Shown piece by piece: positions 60,797-64,000 of a stretch of DNA of 64,000 nucleotides; the first letter of the stretch is position 1; each line of letters begins with the position of its first letter. Both the position numbers and the translations under genes were made by a program. Origin of the DNA: a virus (taxonomy: Duplodnaviria; Caudoviricetes); IMG/VR virus record IMGVR_UViG_3300004369_000013, positions 1,386 to 65,385 of that record. One strand, 5' to 3'. Below the pieces are notes generated by a model that was not told where the DNA came from, made no database searches, and worked only from the letters and a program-made list of their open reading frames with translations.

Positions 60797-61006
60797 ATAA
60801 AAATTATATCATTGTATTATTAAATATATACATATTATAACAAAAGGTTACAAATTAGACATTCAAAAATAATCGTTATAGGATTGTTATAATAATTGGT
60901 TGATAAACTGTAAAAATCCAGGGTGTTAGGGTGTATACTTAAAATATATAAAGAAAAAGAATAACTAGCAAGTAAGGTATTTAAAGTATCTTATATATAA
61001 AGAAAA

Positions 61007-61234
61007 TTATTTCCTAGAATGATCTTTAAGGTGTTCAATCATCATGTCAAATACTTTGTCCATTTTTGATTCAAGTCTTGTAACTTGATCTTTCATTGAT
61101 GATCCAGAATTTGGTTTAAGTTCGGACATAATATCCTCAACGTATTTTTTCACAATCCACCTTCCGACAAGTCCGACGGCGCCAAGAATGGATAAAACAG
61201 TTAATATAAACCCCGCCCAGCCTTGTGCAGTCAT
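61007..61234 (-). CDS. Small membrane protein (holin-like, actinophage type)
   Basis: One transmembrane helix, then ELKPNSGSSMKD and a short coiled coil. Confidence 0.6.
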   Translation of the reverse strand: MTAQGWAGFILTVLSILGAVGLVGRWIVKKYVEDIMSELKPNSGSSMKDQVTRLESKMDKVFDMMIEHLKDHSRK

Positions 61235-61283
61235 AGAATGAATTATATCATTATTTGAGATTAAATTCGGGCGGTATACAACA

Positions 61284-61383
61284 AAGCCGAAAATAGATAT
61301 TCAAACCACACCCTAGACAATCTATGAATGAAACATTCATTATGTCTAGATATTGGACAATAGTTCAACCCCTAGGCTATAAT
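61284..61383 (+). repeat. Repeat element copy 1: conserved core, long hairpin, promoter
   Basis: aagccgaaaatagatattcaaacca; hairpin 61306-61356; TGGACA-N18-TATAAT. Confidence 0.7.
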
Positions 61384-61389
61384 ATAGAT

Positions 61390-61530
61390 ATGGCAAATAT
61401 TGAATTTATTAGAGAGCAAACAAAAAAAGATAAAGAAATTTTTGATAAACAAAATTTTAGATTTTTAACTTCTTTTCTGCCAGGTGGGATTTATCAAACC
61501 TTACAGAGAAAAAGAGATAAAAGTGAGTGA
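61390..61530 (+). CDS. Small hypothetical protein (46 aa), probably leaderless
   Basis: ATG 6 nt after TATAAT; overlaps the sulfotransferase start. Confidence 0.55.
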   Translation: MANIEFIREQTKKDKEIFDKQNFRFLTSFLPGGIYQTLQRKRDKSE

Positions 61531-62365
61531 TGGCGTTAAGCCAGGGGGTTTATTAAATCTTAATAAAACTAATCATTTTTTGTCTGGATTTCCCAGATCT
61601 GGCAATACGGTTCTTTCCTGTATATTAAATCAAAATCCAGAAATATATTCAAGTCCATTAAGCACTTTGTTAGAACATATGTGGCAATCTCATCTATTAT
61701 TAAAAAATGGGCAAATATCAAAAGTAATCAAAGAAGATTATAAAAGATCTAAAAAATTAATCTTAAACATGCCTTATATTTATTATAAGGATGTAGAAAA
61801 AAATATAATTTTTGACAGATCTAAGTTTTGGGCAAATCCAGATAATATTTTATTAATAAAAGAATATATTACAAAAAATCCTAAGATAATTTTTACAACA
61901 AGACCAGTAATTGAAATGATGACATCATTTATATCAGTATTAAAAGATGGAATTATTTCTGATATGAATAACAGCGACTTTGCTCAAAATAAAGATTTGT
62001 CAATAAATGATAACTTAGCAGATTTTTTATATTCAGAACATAGCATTTTTGGCAGGCACTTGAGATGGGCTTTTCAATCTATAGACAATTCAGATAATGC
62101 TGGAATAATTCACATAGTTAAATATGAAGATCTTTTAAATACACCACAAGAAACCATGAATAAGATCTATGAATTTTTAGAGATTAAAAGTTTTCAGCAT
62201 AACTTCAAAAATATTAAAAAAATAGAAAAGTACGATGAGTCTGTTTTGGGTATACCAAAAGATTTACACAACATTAGAAAAGTTCTTGGTAGAAGTAATT
62301 TAAAAGTTGAAGACTATCTAACACCTAAAACTATTGAGAAATATAAAGACGTTAGGTATTTTTAG
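61523..62365 (+). CDS. Sulfotransferase family protein
   Basis: PAPS-binding loop GFPRSGNT, R...S motif, VKYEDLL.TPQETM..IYEFL; start approximate. Confidence 0.85.
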   Translation: MSDGVKPGGLLNLNKTNHFLSGFPRSGNTVLSCILNQNPEIYSSPLSTLLEHMWQSHLLLKNGQISKVIKEDYKRSKKLILNMPYIYYKDVEKNIIFDRSKFWANPDNILLIKEYITKNPKIIFTTRPVIEMMTSFISVLKDGIISDMNNSDFAQNKDLSINDNLADFLYSEHSIFGRHLRWAFQSIDNSDNAGIIHIVKYEDLLNTPQETMNKIYEFLEIKSFQHNFKNIKKIEKYDESVLGIPKDLHNIRKVLGRSNLKVEDYLTPKTIEKYKDVRYF

Positions 62366-62380
62366 TTATATCGTTAGTGT

Positions 62381-62497
62381 AAGCCGAAAAATAGAATATC
62401 AAACCATCATACGACATAATATGACTGCAAGCAGTCTGCTAATGTCCCATCGGATGTAATATCTATACTTGCTTAATCTCCCGATATAGGTTATAAT
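62381..62497 (+). repeat. Repeat element copy 2: conserved core, long hairpin, promoter
   Basis: aagccgaaaaatagaatatcaaacca; imperfect hairpin 62391-62466; TTGCTT-N17-TATAAT. Confidence 0.7.
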
Positions 62498-62502
62498 GAG
62501 AT

Positions 62503-63102
62503 GTGCTAGATACAATTAAGCAAATCCTAATAAATGGTTTGACAGAAAAACTAAAAGTACATCATAGTGTTTATCGTCTTCCGTGTACAAGTGAATTTCT
62601 AGAAGAACTTATCGCTAACGTTCTGACAGAAGCAGGGTATACAAACGACTGGCAGCCCAATAGAAGCCATAGTATCAGTGTAGACATGTCTTTGGACTCA
62701 GGAGAAAGTTTATCCGTTAAATCAGGGGTATATGCAAATAACACACTAACCTTTTCTGGATCCAGGCTAGGCAAACATAATGGTTTGGATAATATGATAG
62801 CCAGTGTATTAGATAACAGTGCTGATTGGTATGTGTGTCTTGCAAAGAGCGACCAGGATTGGTCTTCTGTACCGTCGCAAAATGAGAAGAAGATTTATTA
62901 TTTGTTTGTGTTCCCTGCCCAAACCTTGATATATGATAGTGGGGTTTGGAATAAGGTTGAAACTAAATCTGGAGGATACAACTACGTTATGGAGTCTATA
63001 GGTATGTCTGCTAGAATTAATACTAGTATGTCGTCACAATTGTGGACTAGTGTAAATGAAGGACTTATTGGTTCCCCGACAAAATTGGAGATATTGCTTT
63101 AG
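62503..63102 (+). CDS. Putative PD-(D/E)xK-like (restriction-endonuclease-like) protein
   Basis: EFLEE...VD...LSVKS pattern; GTG 5 nt after the -10 box. Confidence 0.5.
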   Translation: MLDTIKQILINGLTEKLKVHHSVYRLPCTSEFLEELIANVLTEAGYTNDWQPNRSHSISVDMSLDSGESLSVKSGVYANNTLTFSGSRLGKHNGLDNMIASVLDNSADWYVCLAKSDQDWSSVPSQNEKKIYYLFVFPAQTLIYDSGVWNKVETKSGGYNYVMESIGMSARINTSMSSQLWTSVNEGLIGSPTKLEILL

Positions 63103-63262
63103 AGATTTCATGGTTTTCCATGTATTGTGGTTGATCTGTTAGTTTTTGATAATTTTCAAATGCTTGAATGATATCGTTTGCTAATTTGACAGATAGGCTG
63201 TCTTTATGCTTACCTTTTAAATGATCGTAAAGAATCTCTGCAATAATCTCGTTTAAGTCCAT
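63065..63262 (-). CDS. Hypothetical protein
   Basis: 65-aa ORF with an upstream TATAAT. Confidence 0.55.
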   Translation of the reverse strand: MDLNEIIAEILYDHLKGKHKDSLSVKLANDIIQAFENYQKLTDQPQYMENHEISKAISPILSGNQ

Positions 63263-63282
63263 ACCTATAATATATTATACTA

Positions 63283-63468
63283 CTATATACTCCACCAACC
63301 CCTAATGGTACCGCCGTCAACTGGGCATACGTACTCTCTAGGCTTATCTGATTTATAATATTGTACAAATAGTCTATGGTCTAGATCTAGATTAGGCTCG
63401 TGTGTAGGCTGTCCACAAGATGGACATATCTCGCTACCAACATATTCATAGACGTGCTTGCATTGCAT
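63283..63468 (-). CDS. Small Cys-containing protein
   Basis: CKH, CPSC, CP; coupled to the iscA stop. Confidence 0.6.
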   Translation of the reverse strand: MQCKHVYEYVGSEICPSCGQPTHEPNLDLDHRLFVQYYKSDKPREYVCPVDGGTIRGWWSI

Positions 63469-63797
63469 TAGTTAAAACTATCTCCGCAGGCGCATCCACC
63501 AGCAGCGTTGGGGTTATCTATTGTAAAACCTTGTTTCTCAATAGTGTTTACGAAGTCCATTGAGGATCCATCAAGATACGGCCAAGACATCTTATCTATG
63601 CGGATATCAAAATCTTTATATCTTACAAGTTCGTCTCCGTCTTTAATTTCATAGTCAAAATATGTCTGATATCTCAAACCAGAGCATCCTCCAGGTTGAA
63701 CTGCTAGTCTTAGGAATATGTCTTTGCCAGGAGCAGTTATTCTGCTTTCCTGAATTAGTTCGGCTACTTTATACCGTGCCTGATCTGTAAGTTTCAT
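63468..63797 (-). CDS. iscA: A-type Fe-S cluster carrier (HesB/IscA/ErpA family)
   Basis: PGGCSGLRY and GFTIDNPNA..GCACGDSF with the three conserved cysteines. Confidence 0.93.
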   Translation of the reverse strand: MKLTDQARYKVAELIQESRITAPGKDIFLRLAVQPGGCSGLRYQTYFDYEIKDGDELVRYKDFDIRIDKMSWPYLDGSSMDFVNTIEKQGFTIDNPNAAGGCACGDSFN

Positions 63798-63813
63798 ATT
63801 ATCATTATACCTG

Positions 63814-63859
63814 AAATCTGAATATTTTTTTATTTTAAGAAAATCTGAATATTTTTTTA
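63814..63859. repeat. 19-bp direct repeat aaatctgaatattttttta (2 copies)
   Basis: 63814-63832 and 63841-63859. Confidence 0.85.
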
Positions 63860-63879
63860 AGATGTATGATATGTGTATA

Positions 63880-63932
63880 AAAAAATAAAAAATAAAAAAA
63901 ATAGTGCGACCACTATTGGAGAGATCGCACTA
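63880..63932 (-). terminator. Intrinsic terminator
   Basis: UAGUGCGA...UCGCACUA followed by long U runs. Confidence 0.75.
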
Positions 63933-63938
63933 CGGGAC

Positions 63939-64000
63939 TTATTTAGTGCCCTGTAAGTATCCGTCAATACCTAATAAATCGCAAGTAATTTTTACTCTGT
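63939..64000 (-). CDS. 3' end of a gene entering from beyond the window
   Basis: ...RVKITCDLLGIDGYLQGTK-stop, followed by the terminator. Confidence 0.5.
   Translation of the reverse strand, partial: RVKITCDLLGIDGYLQGTK

Noticed and set aside
1-64000. Alternative genetic code or stop-codon reassignment
   Set aside because: Core genes are full length under the standard code and all three stop codons end genes normally.

Overview
A 64 kb, AT-rich segment of a large tailed dsDNA phage with siphovirus-like organisation and a 2593-aa tape measure protein. The host is probably a low-GC freshwater actinobacterium (acI/Nanopelagicales-like). This is inferred from the actinobacterial-type IscA, the ELKPNSGSSMKD membrane protein and a host-like Ig surface protein; no database search was run. 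Almost all genes are on the minus strand. Left to right: two secreted surface proteins, terminase, recombination genes (RuvC-like, Cas4-like, Hjc-like, RecA), replication genes (DnaE, SSB, primase, DnaB), tail, head, class II ribonucleotide reductase, a mosaic tail-fibre region, a secreted lytic transglycosylase, and an accessory region (sulfotransferase, nuclease-like gene, IscA). No tRNA, CRISPR array, integrase, reverse transcriptase or intein was seen. Best leads: (1) the tail chaperones G and GT appear to be two duplicated genes with separate promoters rather than frameshift products; (2) a promoter-to-terminator ~55-nt hairpin RNA with a C-rich loop; (3) a repeated 25-bp-core, long-hairpin, promoter element heading each plus-strand accessory cassette; (4) phage-encoded host-like surface proteins, one with an apparent ATT start; (5) an intrinsic terminator inside the lysin gene.
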